From: Mustelus asterias
Lineage: Eukaryota
DNA: 64,000 nt
Assembly: GCF_964213995.1 (NCBI RefSeq)
Contig: NC_135821.1
Coordinates: forward strand, 78,492,001 to 78,556,000
Direction: 5' to 3'
Below the pieces are notes generated by a model. The model searched no databases, was not told the DNA's origin, and was given only the letters and a program-made list of their open reading frames with translations. Each line of letters starts with the position of its first letter. The stretch's first letter is position 1. The position numbers and the translations under genes were made by a program. Shown in pieces: positions 24,001 through 37,061 of the stretch.

Positions 24001-24557
24001 TCTATTCTCTCTCCACAGATACTGTCAGACCCACTGAGATTTTCCAGCATTTGTTTCTGATTATGAGAGTAGTGTTATTTGCTTTTCATAGGTGTTGCAC
24101 AAAGTAACATGGTGACTCAATTATAACATCACATGATGTGTTTATAGACAAACATAAAGAGGTGTCTAACACCTTCCTATGATAATGATGTTTCTCTCTG
24201 TCAGTGATTATGATACAAACAGCTATTACATCCACAGAGTTGTTGGCCTCGAAATTCAATGCTGCTACAGCTATTTTCTGGCAGTTTAAAGTTTATTTAT
24301 TAATGTCATAAATAGGCTTACATTAACACGGCAATGAAGTTACTGTGAAAATCTCCTAGTCACCACACTCCAGTGCCTGTTTGGGTACACTGAAGGAGAA
24401 TTTAGCACGGCCAATGCACCGAACCATGTCTTTCAGACTGTGGGAGGAAACCTGAGCACCCGGAGGAAACCCACGCAGACATGGGGAGAACGTAACAGAC
24501 TCTACACAGTGACCCGAGCCGGGAATGGAACCTGGGTCCCTGGCAGTGCTGACCACA

Positions 24558-24905
24558 GACTTGCAGTCCTGCTCAAATCACTTAACTGAGTCTCCCACTG
24601 GCTGTCCTATACTGTACAGGGCAAAAGGACATGGGATAGATTATCAAAATAAGGGGCAGTCCTTTAAAATATGAGACAGTTGGTCACTCTGCCCTGTGCC
24701 CAGTTTGTGCCCCTGGTGCGAGGTGTTTGAATGGAATATCATGCACTGTGGCTTTGGTTGTTATGTCAAGTTGTATTTAAACATGTCAAAAGAACACACA
24801 TTATTAATTATCAGTCGTGCCTGACATGTTTTTGTGGTACAAACTTTCTGACAAAGCAAGCTTGTCTATTTATAATCATGTTCCTTTTCAGCTGTTTGGC
24901 ATGCA
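24558..24905. repeat. Local direct duplication, copy 1 (copy 2 at 29647-30010)
   Basis: About 350 bp align base by base with few substitutions; both copies end at TGTTTGGCATGCA. Confidence 0.9.
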
Positions 24906-27900
24906 TATCGTTTAAAGGTGAACTTACGCTCATTCATTTTGCAATTATTAATCATTTGTTCATGGTCCACAGTCACATATTAAAAATCTGACAGTGTGCT
25001 AACAATAGCTTAATCATAGTGTACAGTCTGCACCATAGCTTGCCTATAATGCCCTATCAACGTAAGCAATAGATCATTCCATTTAGAGAAGATGTTCCCT
25101 TAGTCTGTGGAAGGGTCATTTAGATTTGAAATGTTAACTCTGCTTGTCTTCACATATGCAGCCTGATCTGCTGAGTTTATCCAGCATTTTCTGATTTTAG
25201 TTCTCCTGGCCGTTCTCTCCTCTAACGATCTTTAGACTTTGAATGCTGAAGCTTACCTGAACACCATTTCCTGGTTTATCTTTAATCTTCTGTTCTTTTT
25301 TTAATTTGATGATGTCCTGGTCCCTCACCGTGGTTTCTTAAAAAAATAGCTCTAAAGTACTGGGTAATGAGTTTTTGTGAGAGAATATGTGTCTCTTCCA
25401 ACTACTGCGTTATTATAGTGGCCGATGTGCTACAAATTAAATTTAAACTTGAAGGTCTGATAATATCCTCACATTCTTTAAAAAGTATCTGGATGAGCAC
25501 TTGGCACATCGTAACATTCAAAACTATGGGCCAAGTGCTTGTAAATGGGATTAGGTGGGAGGTCAGGTGTTTCTCACATGTTGGTGCAGACGCGATGGGC
25601 TGAATGACCTCTTCTGCACGGCAATGATTCTATAATATCCTGAGATCTCGCTCCTTCAGCATAAGCACAGGAATTCCAGGGTTGGAATTTGCATAGCTAC
25701 AGCATTCCATTCTTATCTGAAAGGGCACATCAGCTGCCTGAACCAAGTTAATCCTCAAGGCAGAGTGAAGTCTAGAAGGCCCAAATTTGCAGGAGGTTGT
25801 TTTTGTCGCTCTGGTGGAGGAAGGAAGGAAGCAAAGGAGGAAATCACTGGAGGAACTGCAGCAACCAATCTGTGTGCAGCAAGGTCCCACAATCAGCAAC
25901 CTTGTTGTATGATGGTGGCCATGTGTCGACTTGGAACTTGCATTGAGATTAACGGTGAGACTAACAAGCAGTCACCAGCATAAGGAGTAAAGCAGACAAC
26001 AAACGCCAGAGTACGGGCATGCTCTGGAAATTGCAGTCCAGGTTACCCTGCACCTTTACACGTCACGCCAACAGTACATTACTGGCAGAACTCAGTATTA
26101 AAATCAATGTAAGGACAGGAAGTTGAGGTACATATCCTGCACTAAACACAGGAAAATAATTTTGTATTCAGGTGTAAGTGAATTTATAACAGTGTGATCA
26201 ATCATCATTTCTGCCAAACAATGACCAGGGCGGCACGGTAGCACAGTGGTTAGCACTGCTGCTTCACAGCTCCAGGGACCTGGGTTCGATTCCCGGCTTG
26301 GGTCACTGTCTGTGTGGAGTTTGCACATTCTCCTCGTGTCTGCGTGGGTTTCTTCCTGGTGCTCCGGTTTCCTTCCACAGCCCAAAGATGTGCGGGTTAG
26401 GTTGATTGGCCGTGCTAAAATTGCCCCTTAGTGTCGTGAGATGCGTAGGTTAGAGGGATTAGTGGGTAAAATATGTAGGGATGTGGGGATAGGGCCTGGG
26501 TGGGATTGTGGTCGGTGCAGACTCGATGGGCCGAATGGCCTCTTTCTGTGCTGTAGGGTTTCTATGATTTCTATGATTTCTTCTAGGATTTAACGGGGCA
26601 GCACGGTGGCACAGTGGTTAGCACTGCTGCCTCACAGCGCCAGGGACCCTGGTTCAATTCTGGACTCGGGTCACTGTCTGTGTGGAGTTTGCATGTTCTC
26701 CCTGTGTCTGCATTGGTTTCATCCGGGTGCTCCGGTTTCCTCCCACAGTCCAAAGATGTGTGGGTTAGGTTGCTTGCCCATGCTAAATTGACCCTTAGTG
26801 TCAGGGGGATTAGTGGGGTAAATATGTGGGGTTACGGGAATTGGGCCTGGGTGGATTGTGGTTGGCGCAGACTCAATGGGCTGAATAGCCTCCTTCTGCA
26901 CTGTAGGGATTCTATGGTTCTATGAGGTGGTGGCCTTGTCCACTTCCATCTGCCCAGGAAGTCAGGCTTTTATTTTATCGTCCTCAGGAAATTTCCCCCC
27001 CTCTGCGGCTGGATTTCCTGTTTCCAAGAGTTGCTGGCCAATCAGAGGGCTGACAGCTCTTTAGTTCCAGCAGTCCCACTGGGTGACAGAGGCTGCAGTC
27101 AGTTCCCATCCAGGAGCAGTGCTGGAGGCCCAGAGTCAAGGTTAGTGGGGCAGGCTTGCGCAGGCCACAGGCACACCCAGGCAAGGGTGGAGGGGGCTGG
27201 GGGAGTTGACCATTAGGGCAGGGATGTTTAAGTGGGAGCACCTCTTGCCACTGGGGAGGACCTCCATGGCAAACATGAGTGCCTGAGGAGAAGGGACTCC
27301 CTCCAAGCCCACAATCAGATCACCATGGTATAACCAGTGGCTGTGCTACGTGGTGTGAATCTCTCTGCCACCGTCAATACACCAGGGGAGGCAGGTTGGC
27401 GACAGGCACGGTAACCCTGCCATCCGATCCAATTTTACACTCCTCCCTCCGTCTGCCAGCCTGTTTCCTATGTTGGGGAGGTGGTCCAAACTCTCTGGCC
27501 AGGGTGATGGAAGTTGTCAAAAAAATTAAAATAATGTATAAAACTTTTCTATCTGTCACTTTTATTTTCTCCATTAATCATATTTTTTCCCAAAGTTTGT
27601 TCCATTTCCTGTACATGATTTAAATCTATTTAATAATTCCTGGTTTAGACTTTGTGTCTCAGTTAAAGAGGTTTATTGTCTGCCCTGCTCATCAATGTCA
27701 AAGTAAAGTTTATTTATTGGTCACAAGTAGGCTTACATTAACACTGCAATGAAGTTACTGTGAAAATCCCCTAGTTGCCATACTCAGGTGCCTGCTCGGG
27801 TACACTGAGGGAGAATTTAGCATGGCCAATGCACCTAACCAGTATGTCTTTCAGGCTGTGGGAGGAAACCGGAGCACCCGGAGGAAACCCACGCAGACAC

Positions 27901-29646
27901 GGGGAGAACATGCAAACTCTACACAGGCAGTGACCCAAGCTGGGAATCGAATCCAGGTCCCTGTCGCTGTGAGGCAGCAGTGCTAACCACTGTGCCACCC
28001 CACTGATCCCTTATAAAGGGAAGAGCCTGATAATAGCAAGTATCTGCTCAAAACGCAGCGAAAGCTCTCTGAGCAGCTGTCAGTTTAGTGCTCTGCCAAC
28101 AATGATAATGATGAACAGAAAACCCCATTCCTTCACCACTGATTAAAATCCCAGCCATCTTTGTGCCTCTGAAGCATGGCTTGCCGATAATGCCCACGTA
28201 TGTTTCTTCTGCATCTTATCCGCACCTGTAGATGAGGTAGTTGACTGGAAGCTAAATACTTCCTGATTGGGAAAAAAGGAAATATCAGAGGAGAAATCAC
28301 CAGGGCTGCTCTTGTGGTTTGGGCAAGTCCCAGATTCAAGGCAGCAAAAAAGATACATCAATAAAGAAATGTGGTGGAAATACCATAAGTGAATTGTCAC
28401 GGATGTTTAACAGCTGTTTCCCCAGTCACACTTGAACAATATATTTGTTTGTGTGTGCTTTCTTCCAGTCCGAAAGTATTTGGCTTCCAGTCAATTAACC
28501 GTGGAGTGAGAAATTCAAATTAAAATAATCCAGCAGCAATTTACTTACAAACAAAATCTTAGTTCATTTCACGCTATTGTTCTGGATGTTACCTAAGAAA
28601 GGATAACTAATACACACACATACATACACAAAGACCAATTACAGATGAAGATCAAATGAAATATGGGCTGGAATTCTCCAGCTGTTCACACCCCACAACC
28701 GCTGCCAATGAGAACGGAGAATTTGACACTCAGCCAAATCTCCATTCACAATCTCAGCTGTGGGCGAGGTCAGCGAATCCGGATCATAATACTTATAAAT
28801 GTAAATTGAGATTAGTCCATAGTCAGCCAGACACATTTTGAAATCGAGGTCCAGTGTTGTCTAAAGTGAAGGTCTTGAGGCTGAGCGTTGTCTCTGCAAA
28901 TTGCCCGAGGTTGCTTTGACAGATGGTGAATCGGATTTGCAGAGACGAGAGAGTAGCTTCTAGCTTTGCAGGTGTGGCACTTTTAGCTGCAGGAGACTAA
29001 TGGCTCTTTTGAAATGTACCTCTCTCTGGTCGCAGCTTTTTAAGATGGATCTCCAAGATGGTTCTGCCTCAATGCAACTTTCTGCCTTTGTTGTAAAAGC
29101 ATGATGGTTGCTGTTATGTTGAATCATTGTTCCATATAAGGCAAGTGGTTTTGCAGTTTTGAATTCTATTTACTTGTGGTGTTCAAATGATGGAGAGCTG
29201 TTCACACCTGACAGCAACTCATCACTTAGTGTCTTTATGTTTGGAAGAAAAGCCATCAAGTCAATCAGTTTCTGCCTACTCTATGAACAGTGATTTCAAG
29301 TCCCTCCAGTGCTGAAGGAGGCCATTTGGCCCATCAAGTCTGCACCGACTCTCTGACAGAGTATCTTATCCAGGCCCTCTCCCCCATCCTATCCCCGTAA
29401 CCCCACATATTTACCATGGCTAATCCATTTAACCTATACATCTTGGGACTTTGCAGAGCAAATTTAGCATGGCCAATTCACCTAACCCACACATGGGAGG
29501 AAACTGGAGCACCTGGAGGAAACTCATGCAGACACGGGGAGAACGTGCAAACTCCACACAGTCACCCAAGGCCGGAATCAAACCCAGGTGCCTGGCGCTG
29601 TGAGGGAGCAGTGCTAACCACTGTGCCACCCGTGGGTGCACCCAGC

Positions 29647-30010
29647 AGACTTGCAGTCCTGTTCAAATCACTTAACTGAGACTCCCAGGCTCAGTCTCCC
29701 ACTGGTTGTCCTATACTGTTCATGAAAAAATGACATGGGATTAAATTATCAAAATAAGAGACAATCCCTTAAAATACCAGACAGTTGGTCACCCAGCCCT
29801 GTGCCCAGTTTGTGCCCCTGGTGCAAGGTGTTTGAATGCAATATCATGCACTGTGGCTTTGGGTGTTATGTCAAGTTGTATTTAAACATGTCAAAAGAAC
29901 ACACATTATTAATTATCAGTCATACCTGACATGTTTTTGTGGTACAAAATTTCTGACAAAGCAAGCTTTTCTATTTATAATCACGTTCCTTTTCAGCTGT
30001 TTGGCATGCA
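29647..30010. repeat. Local direct duplication, copy 2; candidate TATA promoter and short first exon on -
   Basis: Homologous to 24558-24905. On -: TATAAATAG (29979-29971) and donor CAG|GTATGA (exon end 29926). Confidence 0.8.
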
Positions 30011-31096
30011 CGACTCCAGATCTGCTACTTTGCAAGCTCTAACTCCTCATCTGATTCTATCACTTCCTCGGGTCCAGTCCCCCAACTCCAATTCTAATTT
30101 TGGGCAAAAGTAGCACTGTTCGTTCAATCTCTTTACTCCATCTACCCTGAACTCCTCTCAAGCTCTGTATAGTTCTGGCATCGAACACCGCATTTGCAGC
30201 ACCTTCAGGTAGAAAATTCCTCCTGTGACATTGCCTCGTGGCAGAAAGCAGGTTAGCCTCCTCCTCTTCTCCCTCAGTAGAACAAGTATAACGACACCCA
30301 AAGGACTGCATAAAGGAACCACGATAAATTAGAATTCATCCCAATGCCCTGTTCTCATTATTGATGAGGCAATCTTACAGCCAACTGTAAAATTAAGCTC
30401 CAAAACAGTTGGAGTAAATAAAGGATATCCTATGACTGGTCTTTCAAAAGACACTGATAAGTGGCTGTTGTACAGTTTAATATGATTTTATTTGAAGCTA
30501 GTTTGCATGTCCAATAGAAATGTCTTGGCTTCTTTGCTCATCAGCTTTTTTTATTCATTCGTGGGACATGGGCGTCGTTGGTTGGCCAGCATTTATTGCC
30601 CATCCCTAGTTGCCCGAGGGCAGTTGAGAGTCAACCACGTTGCTGTGGCTCTGGAGTCACATGTAGGCCAGACCAAGTCAGGACAGCGGATTTCCTTCCC
30701 TAAAGGGACATTAGTGAACCAGATGGGTTTTTTTGACAATCGACAATGGTTTCATGATCATCAGTAGATTCTTAATTCCAGATATTTTTTATTGAAATCA
30801 AATTCCACCATCTGCCGTGGCGGGATTTGAACCTGGGTCCCCAGAACATTAGTTGAGTTTCTGGATTAATAGACTGGCGATAATACCACTAGGTCATCTG
30901 CTCCCCCTGAGTTGTTATTAATAGATAGATTTTACAATCAGAATCACAGAGAATTGTTACAGAGCAGGTGTCCATTCAGCCCATCATGTCTGTACCAGCT
31001 CTCTAAATGAGCAATTTACCAACAAAGAACAAAGAACAATACAGCACAGGAACAGGCCCTTCGGCCCTCCAAGCCCGTGCCACTCCCTGGTCCAAA

Positions 31097-34028
31097 CTAG
31101 ACCATTCTTTTGTATCCCTCCATTCCCACTCCGTTCATATGGCTGTCTAGATAAGTCTTAAACGTTCCCAGTGTGTCTGCCTCCACCACCTTGCCTGGCA
31201 GCGCACTCCAGGCCCCCACCACCCTCTGTGTAAAATATGTCCGTCTGATATCCGTGTTAAACCTCCCCCCCTTCACCTTGAACCTATGACCCCTCGTGAA
31301 CGTCACCACCGACCTGGGGAAAAGCTTCCCACTGTTCACCCTATCTATGCCTTTCATAATTTTATACACCTCTATTAAGTCTCCCCTCATCCTCTGACTT
31401 TCCAGGGAGAACAACCCCAGTTTACCCAATCTCTCCTCATAACTAAGTCCCTCCATACCAGGTAACATCCTGGTTAACCTCCTCTGTACTCTCTCCAAAG
31501 CCTCCACGTCCTTCTGGTAGTATGGCGACCAGAACTGGACGCAGTATTCCAGATGCGGCCGAACCAACGTTCTATACATCTGCAACATCAGACCCCAACT
31601 TTTATACTCTATGCCCCGTCCTATAAAGGCAAGCATGCCATATGCCTTCTTCACCACCTTCTCCACCTGTGACATCACTTTCAAGGATCTGTGGACTTGC
31701 ACACCCAGGTCCCTCTGCGTATCTACACCCTTTATGGTTCTGCCATTTATCATATAGCTCCTCCCTACATTATTTCTACCAAAATGCATCACTTCGCATT
31801 TATCAGGATTGAACTCCATCTGCCATTTCTTTGCCCAAATTTCCAGCCTATCTATATCCTTCTGTAGCTTCTGACAATGCTCCTCACTATCTGCAAGTCC
31901 TGCCAATTTTGTGTCGTCCGCAAACTTACTGATCACCCCAGTTACACCTTCTTCCAGATCATTTATATAAATCACAAACAGCAGAGGTCCCAATACAGAG
32001 CCCTGCGGAACACCACTAGTCACAGGCCTCCAGCCGGAAAAAGACCCTTCCACTACCACCCTCTGTCTTCTGTGACCAAGCCAGTTCTCCACCCATCTAG
32101 CCACCTCCCCCTTTATCCTAAGAGATCCAACCTTTTTCACCAGCCTACCATGAGGGACTTTGTCAAACGCTTTACTAAAGTCCATATAGACGACATCCAC
32201 GGCCCTTCCCTCGTCAACCATTTTGGTCACTTCTTCAAAAAACTCCACCAGGTTAGTGAGGCATGACCTCCCTCTCACAAAACCATGCTGACTATCGTTA
32301 ATGAGTTTATTCCTTTCTAAATGCGCATACATCCGATCTCTAAGAATCTTCTCCAACAACTTCCCCACCACGGACGTCAAGCTCACCGGCCTATAATTAC
32401 CCGGGTTATCCTTCCCACCCTTCTTAAATAACGGGACCACTTTAGCTATCCTCCAATCCTCTGGGACCTCACCTGCGTCCAGTGACGAGACAAAGATTTG
32501 CGTCAGAGGCCCAGCGATTTCATCTCTCGTCTCCCTGAGCAGCCTTGGATAGATTCCATCAGGCCCTGGGGATTTGTCAGTCTTTAAATTCTCTCACAAA
32601 CCTAACACTTCCTCCTTTGTAATGGAGATTTTCTCCAACGGTTCAACACTCCCCTCCGAGACACTCCCAGTCAACACATCCCTCTCCTTTGTGAATACCG
32701 ACGCAAAGTATTCATTTAGGATCTCCCCTACTTCTTTGGGCTCCAAGCATATTTCCCCACTTTTGTCCCTGAGAGGTCCGATTTTTTCCCTGACAACCCT
32801 TTTGTTCCTAACGTATGAATAAAATGCCTTGGGATTCTCCTTAATCCTGTCTGCCAAGAACATTTCGTGACCCCTTTTTGCTCTTCTAATTCTCCGTTTG
32901 AGTTCTTTCCTACTTTCTTTGTACTCCTCCAGGGCTCCCTCCGTTTTTAGCTGCCTGGACCTACCATACGCCTCTCTTTTCTTTTTGACCAGTCCCTCAA
33001 TTTCCCTGGTTATCCACGGTTCTCGAATCCTACCCCTCCTATCCTTTTTAAACAGGCACATGCCTGTCCTGTAGCCCTAACAACTGTTCCTTAAAAGACT
33101 CCCACTTGCCAGATGTGGATTTACCCTCAAACAGCCCCTCCCAATCAAGAGCTGCCAATTTCTGCCTAATCCCACTAAAGTTAGCCTTCCCCCAATCCAA
33201 CACCTTACCCTTGGGACACCACTCATCCTTTTCCATCACTATCCTAAAGCTAACAGAATTGTGGTCACTATTTGCCACATGTTCCCCTACCGAAACTTTG
33301 AAGACCTGACCGGGCTCATTCCCCAGTACTAGGTCCAGTATAGCCCCCTCTCTAGTCGGGCTATCTACATATTGTTCCAAAGAACCCTCCTGTACGCATT
33401 TTACAAATTCCACCCCATTCAGAGTCCCTGCTCTCAGCGATTTCCAGTCAATACCAGGGAAATTGAAGTCTCCCACTACAACAACCCTATTTTTCCTGCA
33501 CCTATCCAGTATCTCCTGACATATCCGTTCTTCCACTTCCCTTGGGCTGTTGGGGGGCCTGTAGTACACCCCCAACATAGTGACTGCGCCCTTCCTGTTT
33601 CTAAGCTCCACCCAGAGTGACTCGTTACACGACCCCTCTGAATTGTCCTCCCTCTGCACCGCTGTAATATGCTCTCCAACTAATACTGCCACTCCCCCAC
33701 CTCTTTTGGCCCCTCCTCTGTCTCGCCTAAAACACTTGTACCCCGGAATATTCAGCTGCCAGTCCTGTCCCTCTTTCAACCAAGTCTCTGTCACCGCAAC
33801 CACATCCAAATTCCTCGTGAGCATTAAGGCCCTAAGTTCATCTGTCTTACCTGCTACGCTCCTTGCATTGAAGTATAAGCACTCCAGACCTCCAGGCCCA
33901 GTGAGGTCATCCTCCCCCAGAGTGCTCTTCTTCTTTGCCAGCCTTGTCCCAGCCCCAAGCTCGTCCCCAGCCTCTACACTTGTAGACCTAATATTTTGAT
34001 CCCCTCCCCCCTGCCATACTAGTTTAAA
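31097..34028 (-). pseudogene. CR1 ORF2 (APE endonuclease and reverse transcriptase); frameshift near 33050 and in-frame TGA at 32594-32596
   Basis: CLYFNARS, VTETWL, YYRPP, GDFN, SDHN; NYRPVSLTS, DFSKAFD, GVPQGSVLGP and FADD. Confidence 0.95.
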
Positions 34029-35039
34029 CCCCCCCGAACTGCACTAGCAAAACTCCCAGCCAGGATATTCGTGCCCTTCCAACTTAGTTGTGACCCGTCC
34101 TTCTTGTACAGGTGCCATCCTCTCCTGAAAACTTCCCATTGATCTAGGAAAATGAAGCCCTCCCTCCTGGACCAGTCCTTTAGCCAAGCATTCAATTTTA
34201 CTAACTCCCTATTCTTAGCCTCACTGGCACGAGGCATTGGGAGCAGCCCAGAGATGGCCACCCTGGAGGCCCTACGTTTTAGCCTATTTCCCAACTCCCT
34301 GAATTGCTCTCGTAGGATCCCCCTGCTCTTCCTATCTACGTCATTTGCACCAATGTGTACAATGACATCCGTTTCTTTATCTTCCCCTTTTAATATGCCT
34401 CCTATCCGCTCGGAGACATCCATGACCCCAGCACCAGGTAGGCAGACTACCATCCTGGAGTCCCGTTCGCACCCACAGAATCGCCTGTCCGTGCCTCTAA
34501 CCGACGCATCCCCCACCACTATTGCTCTCCTAACCCCTCTCTTTCCTTTCCGGGCCACAGAGCCTGACTGTGTGCCAGTGACCTGGTCACTGTGGCTTAC
34601 CCCTGGAGAGTCATCCTCCCCCACACTATCCAAAACAATATACTTGTTTTGGAGTGGGACAACCACAGGTGACCCCCTCCTCTAATTGCTCACTCCCCTC
34701 CCCTCTCACACCTGTCGCCGAGCCCTTCCTATTATGAGAGACAGCCACTGGAGTACTCTCTGGTACGTTACCCTTCTGACCTTTACTCCTCCTAACTGTG
34801 ACCCACGTGTCTTCCTCCCGATACCCCGGTGTAACTAGTTGCCTATAACTCATGTCAATTATTCTCTCATTCTCCCTGACTAGACCAAGGTCAGCAATCT
34901 GCAGCTCCAGTTCCGTGACACGGTCCCTCAGGAGCTGCAGTTCCACGCACCTGGCACAAATGTGAACCGCTGGGAGGCTAGGTGTTTCCAGGAACTCCCA
35001 CATCCCACACTGGAAGCACTGAACTGGCCTATCGCTCAT
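34019..35039 (-). pseudogene. CR1 ORF1 (Zn finger, coiled coil, SGNH/GDSL esterase), one frameshift near 34675
   Basis: CFQCGMW...CARC, VVGDAS, VIVHIGAND and LYKKDG; two overlapping ORF-track frames. Confidence 0.9.
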
Positions 35040-35099
35040 AGCTACCCTTATCCGATACAGGTTTGGATAAAAACTTACCTTGCCTCGCCCTTTCTGCCT

Positions 35100-35257
35100 A
35101 AGCCCTGTGAGCCAAAGCCCTTAAAGCTCACACTCTGCTTCCCACACACTCAAGCCCTGTGAGCCAAAGCCCTTAAAGCTCACACTCTGCTTCCCACACA
35201 CTCAAGCCCTGTGAGCCAAAGCCCTTAAAGCTCACACGCTGCTTCCCACACACTCTG
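35100..35257. repeat. Three tandem 52-bp repeats in the CR1 5' UTR
   Basis: Unit AAGCCCTGTGAGCCAAAGCCCTTAAAGCTCACACTCTGCTTCCCACACACTC, each with a TGTGAGC/GCTCACA hairpin. Confidence 0.95.
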
Positions 35258-35723
35258 CTGCCCGCTCCCGACGCTGCCCGCTGTATAGTGCGGCCGGCTT
35301 TTTATGCTCCAGTCGAACAAAGAGGTCGAAGCCCCCAGGTAACTGACTTTTATACTAAGAACTCAACCTACCAGAATCCCCTTCAGCTGACCTCACTTCC
35401 TTTAATTTAAAAGCTTGAAAAAAGCCCGCGAAACAAACAAGGAATACAATTAAATAAATAAATAAATCAGTACTTTGCTTACCCTCAGCACTCCTGCTAA
35501 GAATCTCTCCCTCAGTCCTGCTCCAGTCGAACAAAGAACAAAGACCAAGTACCATTTCTCCCTCCTCCTTCTCCCTCTAATGTGCAAATATTTTGAATAT
35601 AAAGCAATTAGTGACCATTATCCTTGGTAACAATTTGTCCAATATTGAAGCTTTCCTTTCACATCTCATAATGGTAATTTTAACAACATATTTCAGTTGT
35701 ACTCAGTCATGGCAAAAAACTAA

Positions 35724-36406
35724 GGCCAGAATTTTACACTCCCCCACCAGCGGTTTTTAGGCGGGGTGGGGGGAGGGAGCATGAAATTGAAGGGATGTAA
35801 GTCCCTCTTAGTGCCTGACTACTCATGACCACACTGCGGTTTTACGTGGGGGCAGGCAAGCCCACCCTTGCCCCAAGTGAAGTCCTAAACTGACCAATTA
35901 ATGGCCCCTTAAGGGTTGTTTCCTGTCGAGCCTTAATTTTTAGGCTGGTGGGAAGATTGAATCTGTGTGTGGGGAGGCCAGAAGACAACAAAGTTACATC
36001 TCAGGTGGGAAATGGGATGCTTCCATGAGAAACCCGGACCTTCTCCCGCCCTGCCTCTCTGCCCAGACCCCGATTACCTCCTTCGTGCACCCCCACCCCA
36101 TGATGTTTTCAACTTACCTGGGCCCCTAGTCCCCGGGCTTAGGCCCCGGCCCCCTGCTGCATTTCTTCTTCTGTCCAATGCAGCACTGTCGCAACAGACA
36201 CTGGAGAACTGTCAGCCAATCAGATTGGCTGGCAATCTCTAAAGTGAGACTTCCTTCCAAGTCAGGGGTGGAAGTTCCACCTGCAACCACTGAACACTCA
36301 TTCAAGTGTAAATTGGCTGTGGGACAGCCTGAGCAGGAATATGTTCCCCACCAACTTTTCGGATGGTGAGAAATGAGACCCTGCCATCAACAAAAAAATT
36401 CAGGCC
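35724..36406. mobile_element. PIF/Harbinger-type MITE
   Basis: TIRs GGCCAGAATTTT / AAAATTCAGGCC flanked by TAA on both sides. Related internal sequence at ~2350-2570, 3300-3490, 26940-27500 and 38620-39130. Confidence 0.7.
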
Positions 36407-37061
36407 TAAAAATGACAGTGTCCCAATAAAAATTACATAGGAATTTCTATTTCCAGCATTGGTGAGTCATAAATGTTCAACTTATGAACCTCAGTAAAAT
36501 GAGGTCTCCAACGTTACTCAAACAGTACCATAACCCTGAATTGAAATACCCTGTCACTTCTATTTATCTCAGATAACCAATGAAGTACTTCTGAAGAATA
36601 GTCACTGCTGTAATGTTGATGTGTTTCGCATCAATCTGTTGATATGCAGTCCATGCAATTACTGATAGAGCAGTGAGGACTCTGAAAAGTGTTACTTTCT
36701 GTTTAAGTTGACAAACAAAACTTAAAAGTAATCCTCTGTATATTGCAAAGACAATAATTCCTAAAACGCTGATATTCAGTAATTGCAATAATCCAAAAAC
36801 TGGTACATTTTAGTTTTGAATCTTGGTAATTAATGACAGAATCAAACAAAGGAAACAAACTTGTGAATTAGGGTGCACAGAATCCCTTGACACTGACAAT
36901 GAATGCTCATTGAGTGGCTACCTTACAATAAGAGCCAGGAGTTTTGGAATATATTACAAATATCAATGTTTTTTTCTTATTAGTGTCAAACCTTCTAGTT
37001 CAAAGCTCAAAGCACATGGTCCACTGATAGTTTTGTTGATTGAGTCGCCCCGCTCCAAGAA

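Larger units (their letters stand above)
31023..35543 (-). mobile_element. Near full-length CR1 LINE (about 4.5 kb), recently inactivated
   Basis: 5' UTR with 52-bp tandem repeats, ORF1 (Zn finger, coiled coil, SGNH esterase), ORF2 (APE, RT) and (CTTTGTT)n tail. Possible TSD ACCAA (31018-31022 / 35544-35548). Confidence 0.96.

Noticed and set aside
34626-34690. Frame break within CR1 ORF1 as a second programmed frameshift
   Set aside because: Best explained by a 1-nt indel in a G run; there is no slippery heptamer.
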